From a virus (Duplodnaviria > Heunggongvirae > Uroviricota > Caudoviricetes), in IMG/VR virus record IMGVR_UViG_3300033067_001661, positions 32,001 to 96,000 of that record: 64,000 bases of DNA; one strand, 5' to 3'. The position numbers were made by a program, and so were the translations under genes. Below, piece by piece: positions 47,671-58,355 of this stretch. The notes under the pieces are model-generated. The model saw only the letters and a list, made by a program, of their open reading frames with translations. It made no database searches and was not told where the DNA came from. Numbering within the stretch: position 1 is the first letter of the stretch; the number at the start of each line of letters is the position of its first letter.

Positions 47671-48642
47671 TTATGCAACATCAATCGTCTTTCCAAGCTG
47701 GCGAATATCGGAATCCACCATAATATGACAAAGCTCTTTCATGGATGTTTTCGGAACCCATCCAAGCTTTTCACGAGCCTTTGAAGGATCGCCAAGCAAA
47801 AAGTTCACTTCTGAGGGTCTAAAATACTTCGGGTCAATGACAACGCAATCTTCCCAATCAAGATTAACTCTCCAAAATGCTTCTTGCAAAAACTCTCTCA
47901 CGCTATAACTCTGACCTGTTGCAACAACAAAATCTTCAGGTTTATCTTGTTGAAGCATGAGCCACATTGCTTCAACATACTCTTTTGCATAACCCCAATC
48001 TCTCTTAGCGTCAAGATTACCAAGACGAAGCTCTTTCTGTAAGCCAGCCTTGATTCTCGCAACTGCCCTTGTTATCTTTCTTGTAACAAACGTTTCTCCT
48101 CGTCTAGGGCTTTCATGATTGAAAAGAATACCACTGCATGCATACATGCCATACGATTCTCTATAGTTTCTTGTCAAATAATGAGCGCAAACTTTTCCGC
48201 ATGCATAAGGACTTTGCGGCAGGAAAGTCGTTAGTTCATTTTGAGGAGGTAATGCTGCGCCAAACATTTCACTAGACGAAGCATTGTATATCTTAGAATT
48301 AAGGCCCAAAGACCTTACGGATTCAAGTATATTTAGCGTACCAAGAGCGGTTGAAGATACAGTATAATGAGGTATTTCAAAGCTAACCTTAACATGAGAC
48401 ATAGCCGCAAGATGATATATTTCGTCTGGTCGAGTTTCGTTGATAACTCCAGATATACTTGTTTGATCAAGCAAATCCGCATGATGCAAATGCAACTTAT
48501 CAAATATGTGGTCTATTCTCTCAGTATTGAATGAACTAGACCTTCTCAAAGTCCCATGAACCTCATATCCTTTAGAAAGCAAAAGCTCTGCAAGATAAGA
48601 GCCATCTTGTCCTGAAACGCCAGTTATTAATGCCTTTTTCAT
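47671..48642 (-). CDS. gmd: GDP-mannose 4,6-dehydratase
   Basis: [63 protein letters not shown]. Confidence 0.96.
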   Translation of the reverse strand: MKKALITGVSGQDGSYLAELLLSKGYEVHGTLRRSSSFNTERIDHIFDKLHLHHADLLDQTSISGVINETRPDEIYHLAAMSHVKVSFEIPHYTVSSTALGTLNILESVRSLGLNSKIYNASSSEMFGAALPPQNELTTFLPQSPYACGKVCAHYLTRNYRESYGMYACSGILFNHESPRRGETFVTRKITRAVARIKAGLQKELRLGNLDAKRDWGYAKEYVEAMWLMLQQDKPEDFVVATGQSYSVREFLQEAFWRVNLDWEDCVVIDPKYFRPSEVNFLLGDPSKAREKLGWVPKTSMKELCHIMVDSDIRQLGKTIDVA

Positions 48643-49556
48643 ACTCTCTCTTTCTCTGAAGTTTGCTGAAGATACCAGTCGTATGTCTTCTTAAGCCCTT
48701 CGTCTAAATCAGTAAATGGCTCAAGAGCAAAAGCGCTAGATATCTTTGAAATATCTACGTCTTTTCTATGAACGCCGTCAAGTTTTCCATTATAATAAAT
48801 ACTGCCCCAATAGTTCGTAACTTTCGCAACTGATTGAGCAATCTCTGCTATTGAGTAGTTTCTTGGATTTGCAAAGTTAAACTCGCCACTAATATCAGAA
48901 TTAAGAATACGGAAAAGCATCCTAGCAAGATCGTCAACATATGTTAGTTGTCGCAAAGACAAACCTGTTCCATAAAGCTCAACAGTATCTTTACCCTCTT
49001 TTACAGCATTATGGAACTTAAGCATTAGCGCCGGAATAACATGACTTTTTTGCAAGTCAAACGTGTCATGAGGACCATAAAGATTGCTAGGATAAACAGT
49101 TGTCCAGTTCAAACCATATTGCTGCTTGGCTGTCTCTATCTGTACCTGCATCATTCTTTTGGCAAAAGCATAACCATAGTTCGTTTTTTCTGGATAGCCT
49201 TTATGAAGAACCTCTTCCTTAATCGGATAAGACTCAACGATTGCCGGATACACGCAAGTGCTTGAAAGAGCAATGACCTTCGGAACTCGCAATTCCACAC
49301 AAGCATTGATAACATTTGTATTAATTCTAAGATTCTGAACAAAGTAATCATATAGAAAATCAGAGTTATCCTTGATACCTCCAACTTTTGCGGCAAGATG
49401 GATTACAGCGTCAGGTTTATGAGAGAAAAACAAACCACTAACCCCTTTTGGGTCTCTCAAATCGCAATCCATAGAGCTTAGATAGGTTGCATTAGGAAAA
49501 ATTCTTTGCAGGGCTTTTCCAACCATACCCGTTCCACCAGTAACTAGAACCTTCAT
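48639..49556 (-). CDS. fcl: GDP-L-fucose synthase
   Basis: [43 protein letters not shown]; coupled to gmd. Confidence 0.92.
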   Translation of the reverse strand: MKVLVTGGTGMVGKALQRIFPNATYLSSMDCDLRDPKGVSGLFFSHKPDAVIHLAAKVGGIKDNSDFLYDYFVQNLRINTNVINACVELRVPKVIALSSTCVYPAIVESYPIKEEVLHKGYPEKTNYGYAFAKRMMQVQIETAKQQYGLNWTTVYPSNLYGPHDTFDLQKSHVIPALMLKFHNAVKEGKDTVELYGTGLSLRQLTYVDDLARMLFRILNSDISGEFNFANPRNYSIAEIAQSVAKVTNYWGSIYYNGKLDGVHRKDVDISKISSAFALEPFTDLDEGLKKTYDWYLQQTSEKERV

Positions 49557-49566
49557 TATTCACCTT

Positions 49567-49950
49567 TCAAAAACACTGTTCATCGTCTTTAAGTTCATTT
49601 TCTAGTTCTTCGTCAAAGATAAAAGCCTCGTCCAGGACTTCAACTTCTGGAGGGGGCTGTATAAGATAATGAATACCGTCATTTTGAGAAGATTTGGTAA
49701 AAGCCATTTCTCCGTCTCGGAGAATATTCTCTATTACAGGAAAGTCTACCGGATCTATGACCAACTCCTGTTCGACCCTATTTATTTGGCAAAAGCTAAT
49801 TATGGCATAGATCTTATCCATCTCCATGCCAATTTCTTTTAGCTTGATTACCTTTGGTTTGCGCTTGCCCCTCTTGATTGGTTTAGCATCTTTTGTCTTT
49901 TTGATAACCTTGCTTGGCTTGGATTCTTTCTTCTCTATCTTTCTCCTCAT
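49567..49950 (-). CDS. Hypothetical protein (basic N-terminus, acidic C-terminus)
   Basis: 127-aa ORF, GGAGAG RBS. Confidence 0.6.
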   Translation of the reverse strand: MRRKIEKKESKPSKVIKKTKDAKPIKRGKRKPKVIKLKEIGMEMDKIYAIISFCQINRVEQELVIDPVDFPVIENILRDGEMAFTKSSQNDGIHYLIQPPPEVEVLDEAFIFDEELENELKDDEQCF

Positions 49951-50026
49951 ATACTCTCTCCATAATATGACTGAACATATACTTTTCGGAGTTAGTACAG
50001 GGAGCGCTTGCGCATTTCACCAAATA

Positions 50027-50710
50027 TCAAGGTAATCTGGGATTGAAATTAGATCTTTTTCTGCGCTCGTATGTTCTTCCGTCTTGCCGGTAAAACGATT
50101 CGTTTCGCATATGAAGCTGATCTTTGCCTGTATAGTCAACCCAGTCATGCCTGATTATGACCTTATCGAGGTAGACAGCCTTATTCATGGCATAAACAGA
50201 ATCATGAAACTCATTATCGCAATACAGACTAACGTAACTTGGATGATAGATATACCCAAAATGGTCGTATAACGGCTTCCCCATAATAGAAAGAGTAATC
50301 AATCTTTGCCCAACCCTACCGTCACTGTAATGTAAAGCTCCATCAAAACTAGGAAAATGCTTTGTCATATCATCAAAGATAATCTTATCATAACCCTTTT
50401 CTATAGGAGTCATATCATCACTTGCCAACAAAAGAATCTTCCAATCATTATGATGATGCATGTCTGCATTTATTGCTTGAACTTTACTTTTTGAGTTACC
50501 ATAATAATAGAAAATATGCTGTCTTCCACCATTTGCAGGGCTTAGCCACCATTTCATATCATCATTGTTCATCCAATGGTCGTCAATGTCCATAGAGACA
50601 ACAAACTTAACCTTTAGCTCACCAGACAGCATGCTATAATACTTATCAAATTGATTACGAAACTTATCCGGTCGCCCTCTTGTTGGAAACTTAATTAGTA
50701 GATCAAACAT
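50027..50710 (-). CDS. GT2-like glycosyltransferase
   Basis: IKFPTRGRP, SKVQAIN, LASDDM, YCDNE. Confidence 0.75.
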   Translation of the reverse strand: MFDLLIKFPTRGRPDKFRNQFDKYYSMLSGELKVKFVVSMDIDDHWMNNDDMKWWLSPANGGRQHIFYYYGNSKSKVQAINADMHHHNDWKILLLASDDMTPIEKGYDKIIFDDMTKHFPSFDGALHYSDGRVGQRLITLSIMGKPLYDHFGYIYHPSYVSLYCDNEFHDSVYAMNKAVYLDKVIIRHDWVDYTGKDQLHMRNESFYRQDGRTYERRKRSNFNPRLP

Positions 50711-50719
50711 AATAACTCC

Positions 50720-51283
50720 TTAAACTTCAACTAACCAGCATTGACCATTGGTTGAATAATTGCCTTGACCAAAAACTTCATTAATAGCTCTAGTTACGCC
50801 TTCCCAGCCATAATCATGACCAGCAATAATTCCGCCTTTACGAACCTTAGGCAGCCAATGCTTGATATCTTGTATAACAAACTCATACTTATGTTCCGCA
50901 TCTATAAAGACAAAATCTATAGAAGAATCAGAATAACGAGCAGAAGCAAGAACGGAGTCCATTTCCACAGGCCTCATAATATGAAGAACAGGAGCCATGT
51001 TATTCAGAAATTCTGGAAAAATAGTACCGTTACGAACAAGTGTTTCATCATAAGCGCCATTAGAAGGATCATACATTTGCTCAGACCCTTTCCATGTATC
51101 AACGACATCGAGCTTTATACGCTTACCTGAGTTTATTATTTCAACAGCAAGATAAGAGGTACTCTGACCGTACCAAGCTCCTATTTCAACGAAAAAATAG
51201 TCGTCTTTTGCCCAAGAAACAATCTTGGAATAAACATCCTCATAATCAAAATATCCAGGAATCGTCTTATAGAAATGATTCAT
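50720..51283 (-). CDS. Class I SAM methyltransferase (Methyltransf_24-like)
   Basis: VEIGAWYGQS, VDTW, FVFIDAEH, GGIIAGHDY. Confidence 0.88.
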   Translation of the reverse strand: MNHFYKTIPGYFDYEDVYSKIVSWAKDDYFFVEIGAWYGQSTSYLAVEIINSGKRIKLDVVDTWKGSEQMYDPSNGAYDETLVRNGTIFPEFLNNMAPVLHIMRPVEMDSVLASARYSDSSIDFVFIDAEHKYEFVIQDIKHWLPKVRKGGIIAGHDYGWEGVTRAINEVFGQGNYSTNGQCWLVEV

Positions 51284-51951
51284 ACTTTACTCAACAATCC
51301 AATATAGAGACCATGCCACCACCATTCTTTTATCGGTTCTTCTCTTTCCAACTCAAGAGAATATTGAATCTTGATTTTTGAAGATAAAGATTCCAAAGAA
51401 TACTTGGTTGCTGATTTAACAACAGGAAATGAATAATCATCAACTATAAACAAAAATGTATCCGAAAGATTGTCTAATGCATATTCTAATGCTCTACTTT
51501 GAGGCTCAAAATCATGACAGCCATCATAGAAGAAAACATCAAACTTACCATGCTCAGAAAGATCTGTTTTGAAAAAGTCAGCATCAATAAAACGATGCTT
51601 ACCATCCGTAAAAATCATAAGGTTATTATCAAGATCATTTCTTATCGAAACACCATTATCCCATTCCCTATCTGTTTCTAGAAAGTCTTTACCAAACTCC
51701 GAGAAGTTATCGATCAACAAACTCTTAGAAATATTGTTCTTATACAAAGCAGCACAAGCTGTACTGCCTCGCCAACATCCAACCTCTAAATAAGAAAGAC
51801 CTTCAATAGACATTAGGTTATTCAAAAAATGCCTATTTCGCTCGCTAGACATTCCCATAATTGAAAGAACAAAAGAATCAAGTTTTGACTCTTTATTATT
51901 CGCTTTATGAAAACTTGTAAGTATATGTTCAGGTGTTAGCTTTGATGACAT
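51280..51951 (-). CDS. Class I SAM methyltransferase
   Basis: YLEVGCWRGST, IDNFS, FFYDGCH, IVDD. Confidence 0.82.
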   Translation of the reverse strand: MSSKLTPEHILTSFHKANNKESKLDSFVLSIMGMSSERNRHFLNNLMSIEGLSYLEVGCWRGSTACAALYKNNISKSLLIDNFSEFGKDFLETDREWDNGVSIRNDLDNNLMIFTDGKHRFIDADFFKTDLSEHGKFDVFFYDGCHDFEPQSRALEYALDNLSDTFLFIVDDYSFPVVKSATKYSLESLSSKIKIQYSLELEREEPIKEWWWHGLYIGLLSKV

Positions 51952-52783
51952 TTTGAATCCTCTTCATGTAATTATCCATATGAATCTCTCCAACATTGAA
52001 ATTATTCCAAATCTTGTCATAAAGCTCTTTACTAAAGTTGATTTTCTTAAAATCAGACCAATCATCAAGAATGATTATTGGAAAATCCTTATGAGCTTCA
52101 GCAACAGGACTTCTTGTTACAATAGGTATTGATTTGACATACAAAGCTTCCCACGTTCTATGGCAGTCAATACCGTTGCCTTTTGGGGAAATACAGAAAT
52201 AAGACTTGCTAATATCTCTAAGATAGCCTTCAAAAGTATTTGGAAGCTTATACCCTCCAGCGAAACCGTTCCAACCACCATTAGTTTCAGAAGCTAATGG
52301 CACGCCGGTCTGTTGTAAACAATATTCTCTTTCTGCTCTATTGTTTTGAATGCTATAGTTAGCATAAAACATAACTTCTTTTATATTCTCTTCACTTCTT
52401 ACTCTATTGATGGCAGAGATATCCCCATGCGAATATCCTGCATCCGCAATGCCTATTGGAATAGGTTTAAGTTTTGGATGATTTATAGCAACATTTTGTG
52501 CAAACCAAACTAATACCCTAGGATCTTCCAAGTATCTAAGATGGGATTCATTGATAGGATAATCACTGTTATGAGTAAAAAGAACAAATGGATTAGGCAA
52601 TCTAATCGTTGAGAAAAAGTTTGCTAAGTAATCTGTTTTAACAAAGACCCAGTTTTCAGGTTTCGAATATGGATTTATCTTATATCCATCATAGTTCCAT
52701 ATGTGTTTACATTGTACAGCGAAACTATTCCCCGTTAAATAGGGAAAGCTATGATCCTCAAATGTCTTCCATTGCCAAAACAT
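51929..52783 (-). CDS. Exostosin-like (GT47-related) glycosyltransferase
   Basis: THNSD, WFAQN, PIPIG, FCISPKGNGIDCHRTWEALY..SIPIV. Confidence 0.7.
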   Translation of the reverse strand: MFWQWKTFEDHSFPYLTGNSFAVQCKHIWNYDGYKINPYSKPENWVFVKTDYLANFFSTIRLPNPFVLFTHNSDYPINESHLRYLEDPRVLVWFAQNVAINHPKLKPIPIGIADAGYSHGDISAINRVRSEENIKEVMFYANYSIQNNRAEREYCLQQTGVPLASETNGGWNGFAGGYKLPNTFEGYLRDISKSYFCISPKGNGIDCHRTWEALYVKSIPIVTRSPVAEAHKDFPIIILDDWSDFKKINFSKELYDKIWNNFNVGEIHMDNYMKRIQNVIKANT

Positions 52784-52784
52784 A

Positions 52785-53627
52785 TTACGCCCTCTCTGCC
52801 TCTTTAATTTTCGCCATCATTTCTTTATTGCCATGTTCTTCATAAAAAGCAGACATTTCTTCAACCGTTCGCTCTCCATAGGTTGTATTTTTACAATTTG
52901 CAGCGCCTATATAGTTGGTAAAATTATCGCCTTCGTCAAGAACTTTTTGACTAACACCTTCAAGAGCAATTCCTGGTACACAATCTTTCATATGACATCT
53001 ATCATTTGGTCCTTGAATTCTATGTATCAAAGAATCATTACAAACCTTAGGCCATATTCGTTCCATCAAGAAAGACTGATCTTGTCCATGAGAGTCCCAA
53101 CCCTCTCTTGTTCGCCTCCAAGAAGAAATCATATCTGCAAAAGAAGAAAATCCTACTAACGAGACAAATCTTTTTGACTTAACACCGATCATTCCTCCCA
53201 TAAGAGGAATTGTATGAGCATTATTATCGTTAATACCATGAACAGCTTTATCTGAATCAATAAAGCTTTGAACAAACTTAGCTTGCCTTGGAGTCAATAT
53301 TGAATCTAAGTCTCTACAAAAAACATATTCATTATCTTCCCAAGCTGGAGCAAGTCTCCATAACATGCCAATGCCTTTTACAGGCTGTTCCCAAATAGAA
53401 CCTCCATTAGGGAAAATTCTTAATTGCAAAATACCTCTATCTGCAAGACTATTAACTTGCCTTCCGTAAAAACTTGTTGAATCAAAAGGCTTATCAGTTG
53501 TAAGTCGTATCTTCCATTTTGGATTAACGTATAAGGAGTAATGCATTCTAATAATGAGAGGAAAAAGAGACATATATGCCTCTCTTCTCTCTCCAAATGC
53601 TGAAAAACTATTTATGAAATCACTCAC
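52785..53627 (-). CDS. Glycosyltransferase-like protein (paralog of 58352..59065)
   Basis: MLWRL, RDLDS (DxD), H..PLMGGM, DQSFL..IWP. Confidence 0.65.
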   Translation of the reverse strand: MSDFINSFSAFGERREAYMSLFPLIIRMHYSLYVNPKWKIRLTTDKPFDSTSFYGRQVNSLADRGILQLRIFPNGGSIWEQPVKGIGMLWRLAPAWEDNEYVFCRDLDSILTPRQAKFVQSFIDSDKAVHGINDNNAHTIPLMGGMIGVKSKRFVSLVGFSSFADMISSWRRTREGWDSHGQDQSFLMERIWPKVCNDSLIHRIQGPNDRCHMKDCVPGIALEGVSQKVLDEGDNFTNYIGAANCKNTTYGERTVEEMSAFYEEHGNKEMMAKIKEAERA

Positions 53628-54525
53628 CGATTAGTTCCTTAAACTTTCGATCAACCATGCTTTCTAGTATTTGAAACTTAGATCCGTCTTCAATTGGTTC
53701 GTCCCATTTATTATGCCAATGCCAAGTGAATGCGCCGTCATAAAGCTCTGAACTATCATTGCCAGAAGCATTTTTCTTAAATGGTTCAAGAGGGATGCCA
53801 AATCCCCACTCAGTGTTAAACCATGCACAAGGGAATACGGTCCAGTTTTTATTGTGCTGTCTTACTTTGTGATACAAGTCAGTTCCCCAACAAGTTGTAT
53901 TAGGGTTAGCAGGAGTCCTTGCTAATTCATTTAGTAAATCATGGCAAAGTTGACTATATGGTTTAAGCCTCATTATAGCCCCATTTTGGCGAATAACAGG
54001 CTCATTCTGAAAGGTTCCTGACGCTCCCCATTGATACATAAACTCATAAGGCAATATTGGACTAAAATCCCTCAATACAACAACGTCCATGTCTATGTAC
54101 ACGCCTCCATGCTTATGAAGACAAAGCAATCTGAACAAGTCTCCACCTAGATAACATAAAGGATCATCTATTAGACCTTTGAGCATATTTGCGTTCTCAA
54201 GTGGAGAACTTTTGGATTGCTCACTAATATCCCATATTCGAGTTTCGACAAAAGGGAGCAGGGGCTTAAGATATTCATTGTTTTTCAAATCAACGTTGGA
54301 CCAAAGAATAAACTTTGTATTAGCAATCTTTTGAGAAACTATAGCAGACTTTATTGGAAGAACTTGTTTGCGCGAAAACTCTTTAGGAACTCTCCAGTAA
54401 AAATGAAAAGTCACTGGCTCAGGAACAATTGGTTCTGGCAAAGACTTAGCAAAATCAAGAGATTTCCTTACTCTCTCAACAGTGTCAAATAGATACAACT
54501 CTCTGTTCGATTCTATGCTAATCAT
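53620..54525 (-). CDS. GT32 (DxD, Och1/alpha-1,4-type) glycosyltransferase
   Basis: GDLFRLLCLHKHGGVYIDMD, WG, FTWHWHN. Confidence 0.85.
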   Translation of the reverse strand: MISIESNRELYLFDTVERVRKSLDFAKSLPEPIVPEPVTFHFYWRVPKEFSRKQVLPIKSAIVSQKIANTKFILWSNVDLKNNEYLKPLLPFVETRIWDISEQSKSSPLENANMLKGLIDDPLCYLGGDLFRLLCLHKHGGVYIDMDVVVLRDFSPILPYEFMYQWGASGTFQNEPVIRQNGAIMRLKPYSQLCHDLLNELARTPANPNTTCWGTDLYHKVRQHNKNWTVFPCAWFNTEWGFGIPLEPFKKNASGNDSSELYDGAFTWHWHNKWDEPIEDGSKFQILESMVDRKFKELIGE

Positions 54526-54528
54526 AAC

Positions 54529-55101
54529 TTATTTCCTTTTGAAGAGCATAAGAGTATTTCTAACATGCCCACCGTTAGGTTTCCATGAGCCATCTTCATT
54601 AAATAACAACCTTCTAAGCATCAAAGACTTTTCTTCTAAATACTCAAAGCCATAATCAGAAAAGGTTGTTATCCAATAATCGGCATTTTGACAATTAACA
54701 TGATGGAATCCAGGCTGACCAGGAACTGCATGCGTCATAGCAACAAGATTACACTTAGCAAATGTCTGCATGAAATTAGCTTTGTATTTTTCTTCTACAT
54801 GCTCCACAAACTCACAACACCATGCTAAATCGAAATTAGAGGGCGGAACAAACGGGCCGCGAGTATAATCATGTAAAACGATATTGCCTCCAACAGGAGA
54901 TCGAGCGATGGCTTCTTTATAACCTTCAACTCCAATACCATCAACATTCTTATCCATGAAATACTTCAAAGAATAACCGCAACCGCAACCAACATCTATA
55001 ACAGTTTTTGGATTATAAAGCTCGATTAACTTATCCCAAACCTGAGGTGCAAAAGTTCCTATATCGCCCTCAAAGACGCATCCACCAAGATGGTTACTCA
55101 T
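54529..55101 (-). CDS. Class I SAM methyltransferase
   Basis: VIDVGCGCG, FDLAWCCEFVEH, GQPGFHHVNCQ. Confidence 0.85.
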   Translation of the reverse strand: MSNHLGGCVFEGDIGTFAPQVWDKLIELYNPKTVIDVGCGCGYSLKYFMDKNVDGIGVEGYKEAIARSPVGGNIVLHDYTRGPFVPPSNFDLAWCCEFVEHVEEKYKANFMQTFAKCNLVAMTHAVPGQPGFHHVNCQNADYWITTFSDYGFEYLEEKSLMLRRLLFNEDGSWKPNGGHVRNTLMLFKRK

Positions 55102-56063
55102 TTGCTATCTCCCATTTCCTTGACCCAAAAATCAATCATTTCATCAATCATTTGTTCAAAACTATATAAAGACTGCCAACCAAGAATCGTTCTTGCTTTC
55201 GTTGAATCTCCAAGAACTACTTTCTGATCTATTTTTCTTACAAACTCGGGATCTTGAACAACATATTTTACATAGTCCAAGCCTAATTTTGAAAAGACAT
55301 ATTCTATTAGATAACGAACAGAATTGCTTTTCATTGTACTAATAACAAAATCATCGGGAACACTATGTTCAAGCATAAGAATCATAGATTTTGTACAATC
55401 CTTACTATGACCCCAATCCCTGTAGACATCTAAATTGCCAACTTTCAATTCATTTGTTTTTCCCAGCTTTATGGCAACAGCAGTTTTTACAACTTTAGTT
55501 GTCAAGAACCGCTCTGGTCTACGAGGAGATTCATGATTAAATAGAATACCATTAGCAATAAACAAATTGTAATGCGACCTATAATACTGGCACATCTTAT
55601 GAGCGTAAAGTTTAGATATGCCATATGGCGTGATAGGATTCATTGGGGTTAGCTCCCTCTGCATTCCATCAGTATCCATTGAAACTCCAAACATTTCACT
55701 TGAACTTGCTTGATAAAATCGAGAAGAAGGGCAGCATCTACGGAATGCCTCAAGCATATTAAGAGCGCCAATCGAATTAACTGTTGTCGTTAGATGCGGC
55801 AAATCACAGCTTAGCCTGACCTCTGATTGTGCAGCCAGGTTATATATTCTTGACGGCTTTATCTCGCATAATAGCGATTCAAGAAAATAGAAATCACAAA
55901 TATCACCTTTATGCCAAACTACTTGACTTGGAACAAACTTGCATTCTTCTTTTGAACGGCTTCTTTCAAGGCCATGAACCTCATATCCATCTAATATCAA
56001 ATGCTCCGCTAAATATGAAGCATCTTGACCACCAGCACCAGATATAAATGCAATTTTAGGCAT
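55098..56063 (-). CDS. gmd: GDP-mannose 4,6-dehydratase, second divergent copy
   Basis: [49 protein letters not shown]. Confidence 0.88.
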   Translation of the reverse strand: MPKIAFISGAGGQDASYLAEHLILDGYEVHGLERSRSKEECKFVPSQVVWHKGDICDFYFLESLLCEIKPSRIYNLAAQSEVRLSCDLPHLTTTVNSIGALNMLEAFRRCCPSSRFYQASSSEMFGVSMDTDGMQRELTPMNPITPYGISKLYAHKMCQYYRSHYNLFIANGILFNHESPRRPERFLTTKVVKTAVAIKLGKTNELKVGNLDVYRDWGHSKDCTKSMILMLEHSVPDDFVISTMKSNSVRYLIEYVFSKLGLDYVKYVVQDPEFVRKIDQKVVLGDSTKARTILGWQSLYSFEQMIDEMIDFWVKEMGDSK

Positions 56064-56673
56064 TGAATCGTTTGTTCCTTAGAACCATGTATCCGTTTCT
56101 ATCATTTGTTATGTCACCAAAAACTTCATATCTATCAGGATTAGCAAGAATCATTTCTCTAATAAGCTTGAACTTCCTGGTTCCTTGAAACGTATCATCA
56201 AGTACAACATAGTTTGATCTATCAATAAGCTTATGAAACTCTTCGTGAGAACTAAATTCTCCACCGTCTAATACAAGCAAATCAATCTTAGAAGGAATAC
56301 GGTCAATAATGTTTGGGCATTGCTTGTAATTTTCAATATCCTCAGCAAGCCATCTCTTTTCGTCCGCACTCAAAGTTGCAGGATCAAACCAGTTAAGATC
56401 TGAAAGCTCAACAATTCTGCCATGAACAATACTGAATCCAACAATAGCAGGTTGATTGTTTTGAATTGCAACATCATACATTGACTTCCAAGCTTCAATA
56501 GATAGAACATTACATGGCTTGCCTTTGTCTAAAACTGCGTCTCTAATACATTTTGTAGAGCCAGCGCCATTCCATGTTCCAATTTCAACAATTACATTTA
56601 CATCATCTTTCTTGGCTAAACTATAAATTGTTTCACCAAGATTACTACCTCTGTTTATCTGTCCTTGAGCCAT
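56056..56673 (-). CDS. SAM-methyltransferase-like protein
   Basis: VEIGTWNGAGST, LVLDGGEF, VLDDT; start moved to 56673 (AAGGGG RBS). Confidence 0.72.
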   Translation of the reverse strand: MAQGQINRGSNLGETIYSLAKKDDVNVIVEIGTWNGAGSTKCIRDAVLDKGKPCNVLSIEAWKSMYDVAIQNNQPAIVGFSIVHGRIVELSDLNWFDPATLSADEKRWLAEDIENYKQCPNIIDRIPSKIDLLVLDGGEFSSHEEFHKLIDRSNYVVLDDTFQGTRKFKLIREMILANPDRYEVFGDITNDRNGYMVLRNKRFNA

Positions 56674-56683
56674 GATAGTCCCC

Positions 56684-57265
56684 TTAAAACTTTGCGTACA
56701 ATCGCATTTTTCTATCGTCACTTCTTTCTGTTCCGTCAATCATTTGATATTTGCCAATAAGCTCATAATCTATTGCCTTAGAAACGCCTTCTCCTCCGGT
56801 ATCATCAATCAATATCAAAGGAGGATTCATTCTTATGGCATTTCTAATATCAGAAAGAGCAACATCATAAGAATGACCACCATCAACAAAAAACAAATCA
56901 ACTTGTTGTCTTGGAGAAAATGAACTCAAAGTTTCACGACTATCTCCATGATGGAAAATTACTCTGTGTTTTGGAAAATGATCATTAACAATAGTAACAG
57001 CTTTCAAACTAAAGTCAGCCATATCAAAAGTATCTATAGTAACTGACTCTCCAAACTTATCAAGGAATGACAGGCACACAAATGAAAAGAAAGCCTTATT
57101 AGTTCCAGTTTCAATAATATACTTTGGGCGATACTTTTCAAGAGTTCTTTCGATAAGCTCAACTTGTAGTTTAACACAAGGAGCAGTATTGTTTAATAAA
57201 GAACCCTCGTTAGCGTCGCTAACCTTCATTAACATATTTGCAATTTTCTTGTCATATTCCATCAT
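56684..57265 (-). CDS. Class I SAM methyltransferase (Methyltransf_24-like)
   Basis: IETGTNKAF, GDSRETL, FFVDGGHSY, LIDD. Confidence 0.82.
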   Translation of the reverse strand: MMEYDKKIANMLMKVSDANEGSLLNNTAPCVKLQVELIERTLEKYRPKYIIETGTNKAFFSFVCLSFLDKFGESVTIDTFDMADFSLKAVTIVNDHFPKHRVIFHHGDSRETLSSFSPRQQVDLFFVDGGHSYDVALSDIRNAIRMNPPLILIDDTGGEGVSKAIDYELIGKYQMIDGTERSDDRKMRLYAKF

Positions 57266-57266
57266 G

Positions 57267-58355
57267 TTATTTCACTCTTTTCAAGAAATTAGTCCAAATA
57301 TCAAGAACTTTTTGTCGTCTAATAACATTGAACTGAGACATCTTATTGCTTATAGCAAACAACTCGTCATCCTGTATTGACCCAAGCCTATCTCTAAGCG
57401 CATTCCAGTCATCAAAATACTGTATATGAGGCATCCATTCTGTATCATAAAAATCAGCAAGAGGAAGCCATTTCTTAAACTTATTCAAATCTGCAAAATC
57501 ATTTGGATCATTAGGTCCAGGTCTTATAACAGAACCACTTGGAATATTCCATGTTTGATTCCAAGAAGTCTCTGCAAGAACATAAGCAGTAAAATCCTGT
57601 TTCATTCTAATCATAAGATCTACGCTTGGAAAAAACAAAGGCATATTCTCATTATAGAACTCAAAAATACTCATTGTTGAAATATTGTAAGGGACTCCAA
57701 CAAGACCCCTATATTTAACTCTTTCAGACCATTGATAACCATTTCCTAAGGCTTTTGACTTTTCAACAAGATTCGGAATCCAGCTTCCACCAAGATAATG
57801 ACTATACTGCATACATCTTGAGTAATACAAAAACTGCCGTTTTTGAGGAGCATAATGAACCCTTGTATATTCGCAAAGATTAGGAATATGAGTCCATTCT
57901 CTGTCAGTAAAATACTTACCATATTCGGCATCATACTTACTATTCGCTGCCAAAAGGACTTGTCCGCTATCCGCTCCTCGTCTTAGAAAATCATTAAATC
58001 TTTCCCACTGTTCTGGTCTTGTTGAAAACGGAAGTTCATATCTAATAGGAGCAACAACAATTATTGGCTTATTCCATTTTTCAAACAACATTGAAAATGC
58101 CGGAGGATAGGTAACAACAAATGTGTCATAAACTGAAAGCTGATCTTTGTAAGTATTGTAGAAATTATCGCACATAGACTGATCTATTTGCGTCCAATTT
58201 TCAGGAGTAACAACTGAGGTCGAAGCTTTTCCTCTACCCAAAACCCAATTATGACCAGACATATTCCAGCTAGTAACTTCATGTCCTAACTCGCCAAGAA
58301 TACTCTTGATGTCTTCAATAACTGATATATGCAAATCAAGATTGAATATTTTCAT
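57267..58355 (-). CDS. Putative GT-B glycosyltransferase
   Basis: FNLDLHISVI, ANSKYD, PYNISTMSIFE...NMPLFFPS; cluster context. Confidence 0.55.
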   Translation of the reverse strand: MKIFNLDLHISVIEDIKSILGELGHEVTSWNMSGHNWVLGRGKASTSVVTPENWTQIDQSMCDNFYNTYKDQLSVYDTFVVTYPPAFSMLFEKWNKPIIVVAPIRYELPFSTRPEQWERFNDFLRRGADSGQVLLAANSKYDAEYGKYFTDREWTHIPNLCEYTRVHYAPQKRQFLYYSRCMQYSHYLGGSWIPNLVEKSKALGNGYQWSERVKYRGLVGVPYNISTMSIFEFYNENMPLFFPSVDLMIRMKQDFTAYVLAETSWNQTWNIPSGSVIRPGPNDPNDFADLNKFKKWLPLADFYDTEWMPHIQYFDDWNALRDRLGSIQDDELFAISNKMSQFNVIRRQKVLDIWTNFLKRVK

